Below, in pieces: positions 12,195-23,900 of a DNA stretch of 64,000 nt. Made by a program: the position numbers and the translations under genes. This stretch comes from Hemiscyllium ocellatum (Eukaryota). The stretch lies in NCBI RefSeq assembly GCF_020745735.1, contig NC_083404.1:37323731-37387730 (forward strand). Reading direction: 5' to 3'. Each line of letters begins with the position of its first letter. The first letter of the stretch is position 1. The notes under the pieces were generated by a model, which had not been told where the DNA came from, made no database searches, and saw nothing but the letters and a program-made list of their open reading frames with translations.

Positions 12195-15172
12195 TCTGAG
12201 TTAGGAGGCCACTTACTCCAGAATTTCATACAATACCTCTGAACAGCTTGATTAGAAAATATCTAAAACCATTCCGCCATTTACATGATGTGATTCGTCA
12301 GCTGGATCATTGCCCCACCACTACCAACACAATGTTATGTGTACGTGAGTTTTAAAGTCTATGTGCTGTCAATTAGGGTAGTTTACCTGTATCTCCCCTA
12401 TTTCGCATTTCCGAGGTCCTTCATATTTCCTCAACGCCCAACGATTATTTTCAATTTCTAGCAGAAATCTCGTGGATTTCAGCCCCATTTCAGTACATTA
12501 TCCAAAGATGCATAGGGAGGGCTGCGCTGTAGGAGGTGTCCACTTTCGGTCGAGGCGTAAAAGGGAACTGTACCTGCCTTCTCAGATCAATTCAACCGAT
12601 TCTGTGGAATTAATTAAAAGACACTTATGCTCCATGTAATGTGGTGGATCCTCTCGGCCTGGGTGGGGAAGGGGTGCAATACTTAATCCCTTAATCAGCA
12701 TCACTAGACAGATTGGACATTTATCACATTGTTCTTTTTAGGTGCTTGTTGAATGCAAATTGGCTGCTAGTTTTCTTAATTCCAGCAGGGACGAAGCTTT
12801 TTGTTTTCGCTTTTATTCGATTAGAAAGGACGTGGACCAGACCAGAATTTAATGGCCAACCCTAATTGCCCAGAAGGCAGCTAAGAATCAGCTGCAACAT
12901 TTTTTATAAAGTAGTTACTGAAAGTTATAAACATTTAAAATAAATGAGAAGAAAACTGTTTTAAAAAATCAGCTGCACAGAACCGCGGTGTCCCTGGAGA
13001 AGGTACACGCGGTGTCCACCAATATCGTCGTGATTTTCAGAGAGAGATGGGCGCAGCAGGGAGTGGACTGCATCATTTCTCCCTCCAACTCTATTTTGAT
13101 TTAATCCCTGCCCTCCCCTTCACTGTTTGTCCACGCAGCATTGCCCTTTGATGTGAAGGGCACTGCTTGTCACTGGCCACTTGGGTGTTTCCTTTCTTCC
13201 TGGTGGTGGAAATTGAATGAAGATTCGCGCACCTTGTGTCTTTCACTGTGTCTCACACCTGCACACACACACAACATGGGTGCGGGGGAAAAATAAGCAC
13301 TACCGCAGTTAGGCGGTAGTGTGGGGAAAAGAAATAGAAAAAGAAAATGAAAGAACAGGAGGGTCAGACATCCCGTCACTCTGACAGATGCTCCTGAGGG
13401 AGCTGGATCAGTGTAAAAGAGAGAAAAAAAAGTTTAAAAATCAGCTGTATTACTGTGGGTCTGAAGTTACAATTAGGCCAGATCTGATAACGATATCCTT
13501 CCTAAAGGGCCTACAGTGAACCAGACGCATTTCCCACCGACAATCGGCCATGGTTTCACAGTCATCCTTAGACACTTAATCCCAGATCATTTTTGAATTC
13601 AGTTTCACCATTTGAGCCTGGATCCTCAGGACAATACGTAGCTGTCTGGATTAATAGTCAAGTGGTAACATCACTGGGCCATCGCTTGTCTTCACAGAGT
13701 ATTTCATCGGCTGTACGATGCTTTGGGGGCGTTCCTAGGCTGGGAACTGTGCTAAAGAATTCCATATTATTTCAATGTCAACAGGAGGGTGAGTCTTTAA
13801 CATTTCCACTTCATTATCTCTACATCAAGTTGATGTTTTTGGGTGTCATCCGAGAACAGCAGTGGATATGACTATCGAGGGGTAGGAAAGAGCAGGTGAT
13901 GTTAGCATTGGTGGCTATCTAACCTTCTGGTCTGCCCATCTAGAGAGCCAGCTTCTGGCATGTTTTGCCCTTTCATTGTGAAACATTTGCTGCAAATTCG
14001 CTGCACGTGGTATTTTGGATTGGAGGAACTGTTGGCTTCAGCTGCAGACGAAAGAATTCAGTAAAGGCGAGACCATTCGGCCGATTAGTTTTGTCCTTTC
14101 TGCTTCTCTGAAAGGCTCTCAAATCAATAGCATCGCTTTGTCCATGCATCCCTAACACATAGAAACGTAGAAGATAAGAGCAGGAGTAGGCCATTCAACC
14201 CTCCGAGCCTGCTATGTTATTTAATGTGATATTGGCTAATCATGGAGCTTCATGCTCCAACCCCCTCTGCCCTCTGCCCCCTCCCCTCCCCTGGTCCAAT
14301 ATCCCTTGATCCCTTTATCAACAACAGCTCCTTCTAGAAAACATTCAATGCTTGGACTCGACAACTTTCTGTAATAAGGAATTCTGCAGGTTCACAATTC
14401 TCTGGCTGAAGTAATTTCGCCTCATCTCATTCCTAAAAGATTATTGGTTTATCTTATTCTTTAAACTGTGCCACCTGGTTCTGGAGTCCTCCACCACTCG
14501 AACGTCTTTCCTGCATCTAACGAATCTAATTCGGTTCGAATTTTATAAGCTTCTATGAGATTCCCACTCCTAATTTTAGAGAACACAACCCAAACAGACA
14601 CATTCCCTGTTTATCCGTCAGTCTCGCCATTCCAGGAACTAATGTGGTGAGCCATCGCTACATTCCCTCCATAGCAACAACGTCCTCAGATAAGGAGACC
14701 AAAACTACATCCAAAATTCCAGGTACGTCCTCACCAATTTCCTGGATAATTTCAAATCTTTGTCCAGCTTGCTTTCAGAAGTGTCTACTGGATTCCAATA
14801 TCCTTTCAAGCATAAGTTCCCAAATTTCAATTTACTCCAAGCAAAACAGAAATATTATGTTGTACGTCTTTGTTCACTCAGCCCAGATCTCCGCAGTATA
14901 AACTCCACCCTCCCGCACAGGGGGAACAACACCGCAACATCGCCAGAGCGCATCCTGCTCTCCCCAAAGCCGCGAACTCCACAGTGAGTCGGCTCCCGGT
15001 GCTATCGCTCCAAGATCAGAAGAGGTAAGTTGATCAATTTGCTGGCTGGCGAATTCACGGATTCAGGCGGAAAAAGCTCAGACACAAATCCAGCTGTGGT
15101 GCTGTTGCTACTTTACCCAATTAGGGGAGGAGTGTGTGGGTTTCTCTGATAGCTTAGCTTCGAATGGTTCAG

Positions 15173-15211
15173 TGTTTTTGTACAAACATTGTGCTGATGC
15201 CTCGCAGTGTG
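15173..15211 (-). other. 23-RSS of V1a: CACACTG + 23 bp + ACAAAAACA
   Basis: Heptamer 15205-15211, spacer 15182-15204 (23 nt counted), nonamer 15173-15181. Confidence 0.92.
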
Positions 15212-15652
15212 TATATAACCAGTACGCACAGTAATAGGTGGCCGTGTCCTCTTTCTGTAATTTTTCGATTCTGAGGGAGAATCCGTTTTTGTTAAAATTC
15301 CAAGCTTTGAACCGATCACCAAATCCCGGAACCCGCGTTGTGCCTGATCCATAATAAAGGATTCGGGTGGGTGCCTGACCGGGTTTTTGCTGGTACCAGT
15401 GAAGGGGGTAATTGTCACTGACGGTTATTCCTTCGACTTCGCATTTGAATTGAGCGATTTTACCCACATTTTTGGTAATAGATGGGACAGTCTGTTTCAA
15501 TGTTTGTGCAAAATATCCGCCTAAGGAAAGAATATACAGGGTTACAAATGACCGCTTGGTGGTTGCAAATGAACAACGATATCTGAATAATAGCGTCAGA
15601 AACACATACAGGGCAAAGCGGTTACCACAATGAGCCAGTAATACAGCGACAT
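15212..15652 (-). CDS. TRGV: TCR gamma V segment, family 1 copy a (apparently functional)
   Basis: Leader exon 15610-15652 (MSLYYWLIVVTALP, phase-1 donor GTATGT); 89-bp intron; acceptor CTTTCCTTAG; V exon 15212-15520 encodes QTLKQTVPSITKNVGKIAQFKCEV...LHWYQQKPGQAPTRILYY...EDTATYYCAYWLY with conserved Cys/Trp/Cys; followed by a 23-RSS. Confidence 0.88.
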
Positions 15653-15660
15653 GTTCACTC

Positions 15661-15815
15661 GGTCTTCAACTGTTCTCTCAAGCAGCTGGATAGAAACTAA
15701 AAAGAAATGAATCGCTTCTTTCAAACCAATCAGTGAGACATTGGTCAGGGTTGAACCCCGCCCCCTGCCCTCCAGGTCGGTTATTTGCAATATAAACAGA
15801 AAATGTTGGAAATAC
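15661..15815 (-). promoter_or_regulatory. Putative family-1 V promoter
   Basis: Directly upstream of the ATG; E-box CAGCTG, CCAAT 15726-15730, ATTGG 15740-15744, GC box CCCCGCCCC 15756-15764, octamer-like ATTTGCAA 15783-15790; nearly identical in all three copies (also ~31347-31500 and ~53362-53516). Confidence 0.6.
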
Positions 15816-17224
15816 TCCAGCAGCAGCTGTGGAGAGAGAAACCGAGCTAATGTTTCAGAAACCTGAGCTGGAAAACGCTGAGATGTCGACAGGGTTTTTA
15901 ACCCAGAGAGAAGGCAGGGAAATAGGGAAGGGGGAGGTATCAACCAAAGGGAAATCTGTGACCGGGTGGAGGATGGGAGAGTTGGATATCTCAGTGGATA
16001 GTGGTGCAAGGGAAACAGTGATAGTAATGGGAAGTAAAAGCTGGGTCCAGAGGATGTGGAAACAGCAACAGCAGAATCGTGAGGTTTAATTGGATCCTGA
16101 ACATCTGAGCATTTTAAGGGGTGGGAACTCCATTTTCGGCGCTTTCTGAAATCATCCCTGAGTGACCCGGCTCTAATTTTAAGATTTTGTCCAATCTTTC
16201 CGGATCTTCCCCACCACAGAAATTTATTATTCTTTATATAACATCTCCCAGATCTTTCTCATTTCAAGTATATTTGAAATCTCAAGTTTTGGGAGCGCTG
16301 CTCCTACGTCAGGTAAAAAGTCTGACCTCTGATTTTGTCCAACTCCGCCTCTTCCGCATCCTTTCCAGCCGCTCAATTAGATCGGCCCTTCACCATGTAA
16401 GCTGAAGGGCATGCCAGCCAAAATAGTTGAATCTGTCTTCATCACTTAACTCTCTTGGTTGTGAATGAATGAGACATTCTAGAATGTCTTTTTTTTTCTC
16501 AAGCTGTTGCAGTCGAGTATTGGACGAAATAACATCAGGTGCCTCCAGGTCCAGGTCAACGACCCCTTATTGAGCCAACACTGGGTAAGTTTACGCCAAA
16601 AAAGACTCCAAGGTCGCACTCAAGCTCAACGAGAATTAATTGGATATTTATGCATTCTGTCACGTAGACAGTACAGTGCTCGAATTCAGCAATAGCCTGT
16701 TTTAGAAAATCACATTGTTTCTGTATATTCCAAAAGTGACAGTCCCACACCCCTCCCGATCGTCCCAGGTGCCATCCCATCTCCTCTCCGAAACCGGTGC
16801 TACATTCCAATCCTTGACTAAAACGGAGGCAAAAGCAAAACTCTCTGGAAAGCTCTCAGCAGGGAGCCTTCCTCAGAAATCAGTTCTCGGAACAGCAAGG
16901 GTCACTCCACACGAAACGTTAACTCGGATTTCTCTCCGCTGATGCGCCCAGACCTGCTGACCGTTTCCTGGTAATTTGATTTTGTTTTTGATTTGCAGCA
17001 TTCGCTGTTCTTTCGGTTTTTATTGTGTTAATTGCCCCCTCACAAGTCAAAATAAAAAGGCAGCTTCAAATACACATCCGCCGACATATATTTAGCCTCG
17101 CATTGAATTTTTTTAACAATGTATCCTTTGAGACACATTGGGACGATTTAGTATGTTAACGGCGCTTTATAAATAGGAGTTAATGTTTGTGTGGTGGCGG
17201 AGGGAGGAGCGATCTGAAGCGCCG

Positions 17225-17263
17225 TGTTTTTGTTAAGCATTTCTGCCTCTGTTGAACACTGTG
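17225..17263 (-). other. 23-RSS of V2a: CACAGTG + 23 bp + ACAAAAACA
   Basis: Heptamer 17257-17263, spacer 17234-17256, nonamer 17225-17233. Confidence 0.93.
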
Positions 17264-17671
17264 CTATATCAATAGGCGCAGTAATAAGTGGCAGCATCTT
17301 CCTTCACGATGTCATTGATTATCAAAGTGCACATAGTGTTCTGCTTATCCGCTTTAAACCTGCTGCCGAATCCCGGATCCCGATTGACCTTGTTCTCATA
17401 ATAAAGTATTCTGGAGGGCGCCTGACCCTCTCGGTGCTGGTACCAATGGACTATAGTGCTCCCGCTGTCTACGGTACACTTAAATCTGGCACTTTTACCG
17501 AGCTTGCTCACATATGACATCGGTGTCTGTGAGAAACATTCACCCAAACGCCCATCTGAAAAAAAAGAACAAAATTCGATTGAAAACGATGATGAATGGT
17601 GGACTAACATGACGTCTAAATAAATATAAGTGCGTACAAGATAGAACTAGCGCCACAATCACCCGGAACAT
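17264..17671 (-). pseudogene. TRGV: TCR gamma V segment, family 2 copy a, with TGA at the CDR3 Trp codon
   Basis: Leader 17638-17671 (MFRVIVALVLS, donor GTACGC); 82-bp intron; V exon 17264-17555 ends YYCAY* (TGA 17269-17271) where the paralogue at 32950 has TGG. Confidence 0.85.
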
Positions 17672-17739
17672 TGTGCAGGGACCGGCTCGCTCTGTACTCT
17701 GTTCCTGCTGCTCAGGGTTATGACAATAAATGAGGCAAG

Positions 17740-17900
17740 GTGTCTTCCGTTCCCCTCCTCAAAGGCGGGAATTTCCTTGCTCAGCATAAATTGAACCCCC
17801 CAGTTGAGTCTCTCGTTTATAAAACGCGAGAAGACTTATTCTCCGCCTCTTTTACCGTTTCTCGTTTGTTTCTTTTGATTTCACAGTCACCGGAAGTGTT
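17740..17900 (-). promoter_or_regulatory. Putative family-2 V promoter with kappaB and ETS motifs
   Basis: GGGAATTTCC 17767-17776 and ACCGGAAGTG 17889-17898, about 100-230 bp upstream of the ATG; retained at 33453-33462 and 33575-33584. Confidence 0.5.
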
Positions 17901-20900
17901 AATTCAAAATTCAGTTTAAGATTGTAACTGAAGCAGCTCCGAGTTAACCTGTTCGCTCAAGCCATGCTGAGAGATGGGAGCCGGCAGAATTGGTGGAGGG
18001 ACAGAGGGATGTGGGAACAGAGTGAGTGGGGGCGAAGAGTGAAACAGACACAACGGGGGCAAAACGATCAAATTTAACAGTGAATTCGCTCCACTCTCTC
18101 AAAGGGTAGATTCCAAATACATTATCAAAGAAATATCTGCTTGAAGTCCGAATTAGCTGAATTGAAGCTATTGTTTATGATCCCGTTGATCCCGAAAGAA
18201 AGCATCCCCAACAAAGATCTACGTTCGGGGTACAAGTGGTTATGTAATTGAATTTACTGAATTCATCATCTCATGGTTTAATGACCTGGAAGTATGAGAT
18301 GAAATTCCATCACGGGGCCTGGAATTTTAAATTTTGACAATTATGCCCAGTTTTAAAAGCAGCAACAGCAAAAAACCGATTGAAGAGATTGTCGTTAAAA
18401 GAAATACCCTTCCCGGGGTGAAGTCTGCCCTCATTACCGAGTCTGGCCTGTATGTGATTCCGGATCCACAATAATTGCTGCCCGAGGAAAAGCCCAACAG
18501 CTACTCGAAATGAAACACTGTCACACCACCCTGAGAGTACCGGCATCACAGACCGTCCCTTCGAGGATTATCAGCACCACGTTCCGCTGGACAATTCAAA
18601 GCAGCCTCGTCAGTTTGACTGAATTTAACAAAAAAAAATCCAACTGACTGAGTCTGAGTTCTGGAAAGTATATAATTGAGATGATCTGATAATGCTATGC
18701 ACACTTTGGAACTGTCTTACCGTCCTCTTGATCTGTTACATACATTTGTGAGAACCGTGATAATCTGTATTGTCATCGAGTCACGGAGCTGTACAGCATG
18801 GAAACAGACGCTCAGGTCCAACCCTTCCATGCCGACCAAATATCCGAAAGAGTTCTAGTCTCATTTGGCCCAAATCCCTTTAAACCCTTCCTATTCATAT
18901 ACCCATCCAGATGCCTTGTCAATTTTGTAATAATACCAGCGTCCGCACCACCCTGTGTGTGAAAAAGTTGCTGCTTACATCCCTTTAAGATTATCGACAC
19001 TACCTCCTCTCTAACAGTTTTCAAAGTGTTTTTTTTCTATTTCCCCATGTTCTCCATCTTCCATATCCTATTCTACAGTATAAAAAAAGTGATGCAAAAC
19101 ACTCATTTAGCATTTCCCTGATCTCCTGCAATTCCACACTCTAGCAGCCTTGCCGATCCTTAAGGGGCCCTATTCTCTCCGTAGTTACTTTTTTGTCCTT
19201 AACATATTTGTCGACTGCCTTTGGATTCTCCTTAACACCATTTGCCACTGCTACCTCATTTCCTTTTTTTATCCTCCTGATTTCTCTGTGAAGTATATCC
19301 CTACTGCCTTTAAATTTTTTGAAGGATTCACTCAATCTCTGCTGTCTATACCTAACATATGCTTCCTTCGTATTCTTGACCAACCCTCAATTTCTTCAGA
19401 CATCCAGCATTATGTTCAGCTTGGGATTTGCCTGGGAGCTAAGGCAATTCATTCCCTTCAAAATAGACTAACTACTGGGAAGGTAGTTCTGAGGAAGGGC
19501 ATTGAACCTAAATTTTTAACTCTGATTTCTCTCTTCGGATACTGTCAGACTGCTAAGCCTTACCAGCAATTTCTGTTTTTGTAATGACTGACAGTAGACA
19601 TTCCTAGAGATTCGGTGAACCCTAAATGTTATTGATCCTTCTTAAAAGATTTGGAAACTACTAATTGGAATGTAAAGAGTGCATTTACTCCACGTTTTGA
19701 TACTTGAATGACTCATAGATTCTTGCATCACAAATGGAGGCTATTCAGTCTATTCTGCCTGTGGCACAGTTTTGAAAAAAAAACCCATAAGATTAGAGAC
19801 ATCCTCTTCTCTATTTCCTGTTGGCACTGCAAACCTATTTTGCCTAGAACAATTTATCTCATACAGTTTTAAAAGTCACAATTGAATTAGCACACATCAT
19901 CTTGCTAATTGCATTCTCCTGCACATAAACCTTGCTGTGCAAAGTGCACATGTCTCTTCTTCTATGGTCAGATACATACACTTTGGTTCCTTTAGTTAAA
20001 AATATGACTGTCAATGGAAACATTTCGTTTTTATTCTCCTGAGAAAAACTGTGCATGACCCTCACACACCTCTATCAAATCTTTTTAAACTTCTGCTGCT
20101 CTAAGGAGAACAACCCAGATCTGAGATTCCCCATCCCTGCTTGCATTCTCGCCAACCTCCATGTACTCCTGGCATATGGTTTGGGACATCTTTCTGAAAG
20201 GTTGTACCTCGATATTGCCATAATGATCCCAGTTGTATTTTATGAAAGGTTGGCATGCCTTTTCTGCTTTTCATTCTGTGCCTCTTCATTGAACCCATTT
20301 CTTCCTATTGTACTTAATGGGAAGTTTGTTGGTGATGCTTGTTTATGATCCATTGTCAACAGAGCTGACCAATTCACGTAGCAGATATCTGCCATCTAGC
20401 AGGTGTACCCTGAAATTGCCCCTAGTGAGAACATAGGCAAAAGTGAGGACTGCAGATGCTGGGAATCAGAGTCTGGATTCGAATGGTGCTGGAAAAGCAC
20501 ATCAGGTCAGGCAGCATCTGAGGAACAGGAAAATCGATGTTTCAGGCAAAAGCCCTTCATCAGGAATCAGAATTGTCTGACCAGTTTTCCAGCACCACTC
20601 TCATCTAGACCGAGTGAGAACATGTCATAACTTTGAGTTTATGCTTTATATGCGCATGGTTTCTATACCTGTCCTTAAACAAAGGAAGGACCTTGACATA
20701 CTTTTGAAAACAGCCTTTTCTCCTTATTCTGTCAACTCTTGTGTACCCTGTTTTGTAATTTCCATCTTTTTAAAGAGCAGTGATTCACGCTGTTGGAAAC
20801 CTTTGCACACTCCTCTAATGTCAGAATTTGAAAATAAGCATTTCCAATGCTTTCCATTTTAATTCATCGCCATGCCCTCTTCATCACAATTCTGAGCTTG

Positions 20901-23900
20901 ACCTCTTGCATGTTCAATTGAAATTCAATGCAAGCTCAAAGACTAATACCTTATTTCCAATTAGGCACTTTACAGCCTTATGGACTCAATATTGATATGA
21001 GCAGTTTCAGAACTTTGTTCCCAGTTTTAATTCTGATTTAATTCCATGTGTCAGTCTGATAAATGTCTTCCTCGTGTTTGTTTTTGGAGTTGTTCATTAT
21101 TCTAGTCTTCATACCAAATGTGGACAAATGCTTTGTTTCATTACAACAACCTTAACCAATCCTTTTGCCTTTTGCTCTGTATCATCCTTGGCATTTAGTG
21201 TCTTTTTGTCTATCCCAAGTCCAGACCTGTCTTTTGCTCTTCCTCTGTTCCATCTCTTCGCTCTTTTCAGTGGCATAAAGAAGCATTAAGTTTAAATCAA
21301 AACAATAATTCTGTTTCTCTATCCACAGGTGATGCCAGACCCATTGAGGATTACAAGCATTTTTTACATTTATTTCTCATGATTGGATGATTTTCTGTAG
21401 TTGAATAACTGCAGGGGAAGAACGGCAAATGTGAGACAGTTGCACTGTGAGTTTTTCTTCTAAGTTGCCAGCAAACACATGTTGAATGCTTTCTTCTTAT
21501 ACCATAGCCAATCCATAATTCAGTGCTTTGGAAGTACTGGTGTTGGACTGGGGTACACAAAGGTAAAAATCACACAACACCAGGTTATAGTCCAACAGGT
21601 TTAAATGGAAGCACTAGCTTTTGGAGTGCTGCTCCTTCATCAGGTGGCTGTGGACATGAGGTGAGTTATCTCATGAGCAAGTTTACTTCATCATTCAATA
21701 AGATCATGGCTGATTTGATTACTCCACATTCCAGTCTGCAACAACCTTTCACTGCATTCCACCACAGAACCCTCCCCCCTCCCCGACCCCATCACTTATG
21801 AATAATCTATCAGCCTCTGCCTTCAAATCATGCAAACAATCTGTTTCCATCAATATTTGAGGAAAAGCATTCTAAAGACTCATGATCTCATGTGAGAAAG
21901 AAAGTTAGTGACCCATAGTTGATTCCTAGTTCTGGACTTTCCAAACAATGGGGGCGGTGGGAACATCTTTTCTATTTCCACCCTGTCAAGTTCCCTCAGG
22001 ATCTTGTATATTTCACATTGTTGCCTCTTACTCCTTTAAACTCTAGCCAGTACAAAGTTAACTTTCTTTCAGGTATCATCCATTCCAGACTTTTGTCTAC
22101 TTTAAGAATAAAACAAAAGAAACATTTATTAACAACAGAATCAGAGAAAAACAATTACAAAACAATCCACTAGATTATTAAGAACACAGTCGTAATATCC
22201 CAAAAACCCTTTGTAAATTGAACAGAATCAGCTCTGCATCACAAGGTACACTCTGGATCAACTCACAAACATGTTGCAAATCGAGAAAAAAATTTAGTTG
22301 CTGAATTCCTAGCAAGACCAAGTCCAGCTGATGAACTCTCTTCATCTTCAAAAAATACTTTGGAATTGTACATACCATTTTCTTAATAGTTATTTTTAAA
22401 TTCCAGATTTAGCTTCTTTCAATGCAATACTATCCCTTCAATACCTTTCTTTATAAGGACCTCAAATACTTAAATTCACTTATTTTCGATTAAATGTGTA
22501 CCAATTTGCTGGTCTAGGATTAATAATAGCTTTTATTCTAAGAGGATATCACAGCTTTAAATTCCTTTCTAGGGAATACTGCCTGGCACATTTTACTCCA
22601 TCAAATGACTTCTGTGCATTTCAAATCTTGAGAAATGTTTCTCCCTCAAATGAGTTCCTAGCAGTAGCTAAAAATGAAAGTCAGTGTCTCAAACATTCTT
22701 CCACTAAGTCCTCTGTGTAATTACCTTCCTCTCACTTGAAATCATGGCCATTTAAAAGTTATTGCAAGTTCAACCACACTAAAAAACCCACATTTTTAAA
22801 ATTAGATTTTCAAGTATCCAAAAGTACAGCATGCAGTGTTAAAATAGATAAATAAATCTGTTTTGTCACCTGCAAAAAGGGGCAGTTTCATACTTAGCCA
22901 TATTATGTTCCATTTCCCAGATCTTTGCCCACTCCTATAATTTATTCTTTACTCCTTGTATAGCCTGCTTAAACCCTCTTCATAATTTGATTTCCTACCT
23001 ATATTTCAAACATTTGTGTCATGCAATCTCTCTTTACCACATCCACGGTGTCATTTATTATATAGAGCCTTATACTCTGGAGTTTAGACTGAGAGATGAC
23101 TGAATTGAAATACAGATTTTTGGAAAGGTCTTGACAGGATAGACACAAGTCTTGATTCTCCTGAATGGAGGGTCTGGAACAAGAGTGGAAGGGGCCATAT
23201 CTTCAGGTTAATGAGTTGATTGTTCTGGACTAGAGTGAGAGAATTTTCTTCATTTCAGGTCGTGAACCTTTGGAACTTTCTATCCCAAAGCATTGAGGTC
23301 AGCTCTGAATATATATTCAAAGCCCACTCGACAAGAATTTTGTTCTTTCAGTGAATCGGAGAGGTGGGGTATTGAGACAAAGCGTCAGTCATAATTGTTT
23401 TAAATGATGGAGCAGGCTCTGGGAAACATGCTTTATTCCTGTTCCTGTTTCATTTTGTCACTTGCAATTTTTATCTTTTTTCTTCTTCCAATGGCCGTTT
23501 GAAATAAATGCAGATGAATCCACGGGGCACGATGAAAGCAACTGATATCTTTTGGAGCCCTGACCAATACTTATCTTCAATTACCATCACTAAATTAGAT
23601 CTTTTACATTTATTTTACTATTCTTTGAGGGATCTTGTGTGCAACTTGGCTGCTTCAGGTCTGTGACTTACAGCAGCTTTAACAATATGATTATTATTGG
23701 GAGGTCTCCTGTTTATGAAATATAGAATGGTAACTGAGAGTAGGCTGGTCCATTCAGCTGTTTGAGCCTGTTTCACCATGCAATATGACCATGCCTGATC
23801 CAGTATCTCAGTGTCATATTTCCCCATTCACCCCATACCCCTTGATGCCTTCAAAAGAAGACGACACTATCCCTTGCAACATGCAAAGCAAATATCAATC

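Larger units (their letters stand above)
1031..18988 (+). repeat. Tandem segmental duplication, unit A (17,953-bp period)
   Basis: Collinear with 18984-34456 at about 98% identity by eye; ORF pair 1188/19141 gives an offset of 17,953. Confidence 0.95.

Noticed and set aside
12500-12790. Possible Deu-domain SINE remnant
   Set aside because: Resemblance by eye only and heavily degraded; not supportable without a repeat-library search.
14980-14986. Perfect CACAGTG heptamer downstream of family-1 V genes (also ~30670 and ~52506)
   Set aside because: No nonamer at 12 or 23 bp and no adjacent D or J coding sequence.
15108-15605. ORF-track starts for the V genes (MFLTLLFR..., MLVHHSS...)
   Set aside because: These N-termini are intron read-through and the C-termini run through the RSS; proper leader exons with GT/AG sites exist.
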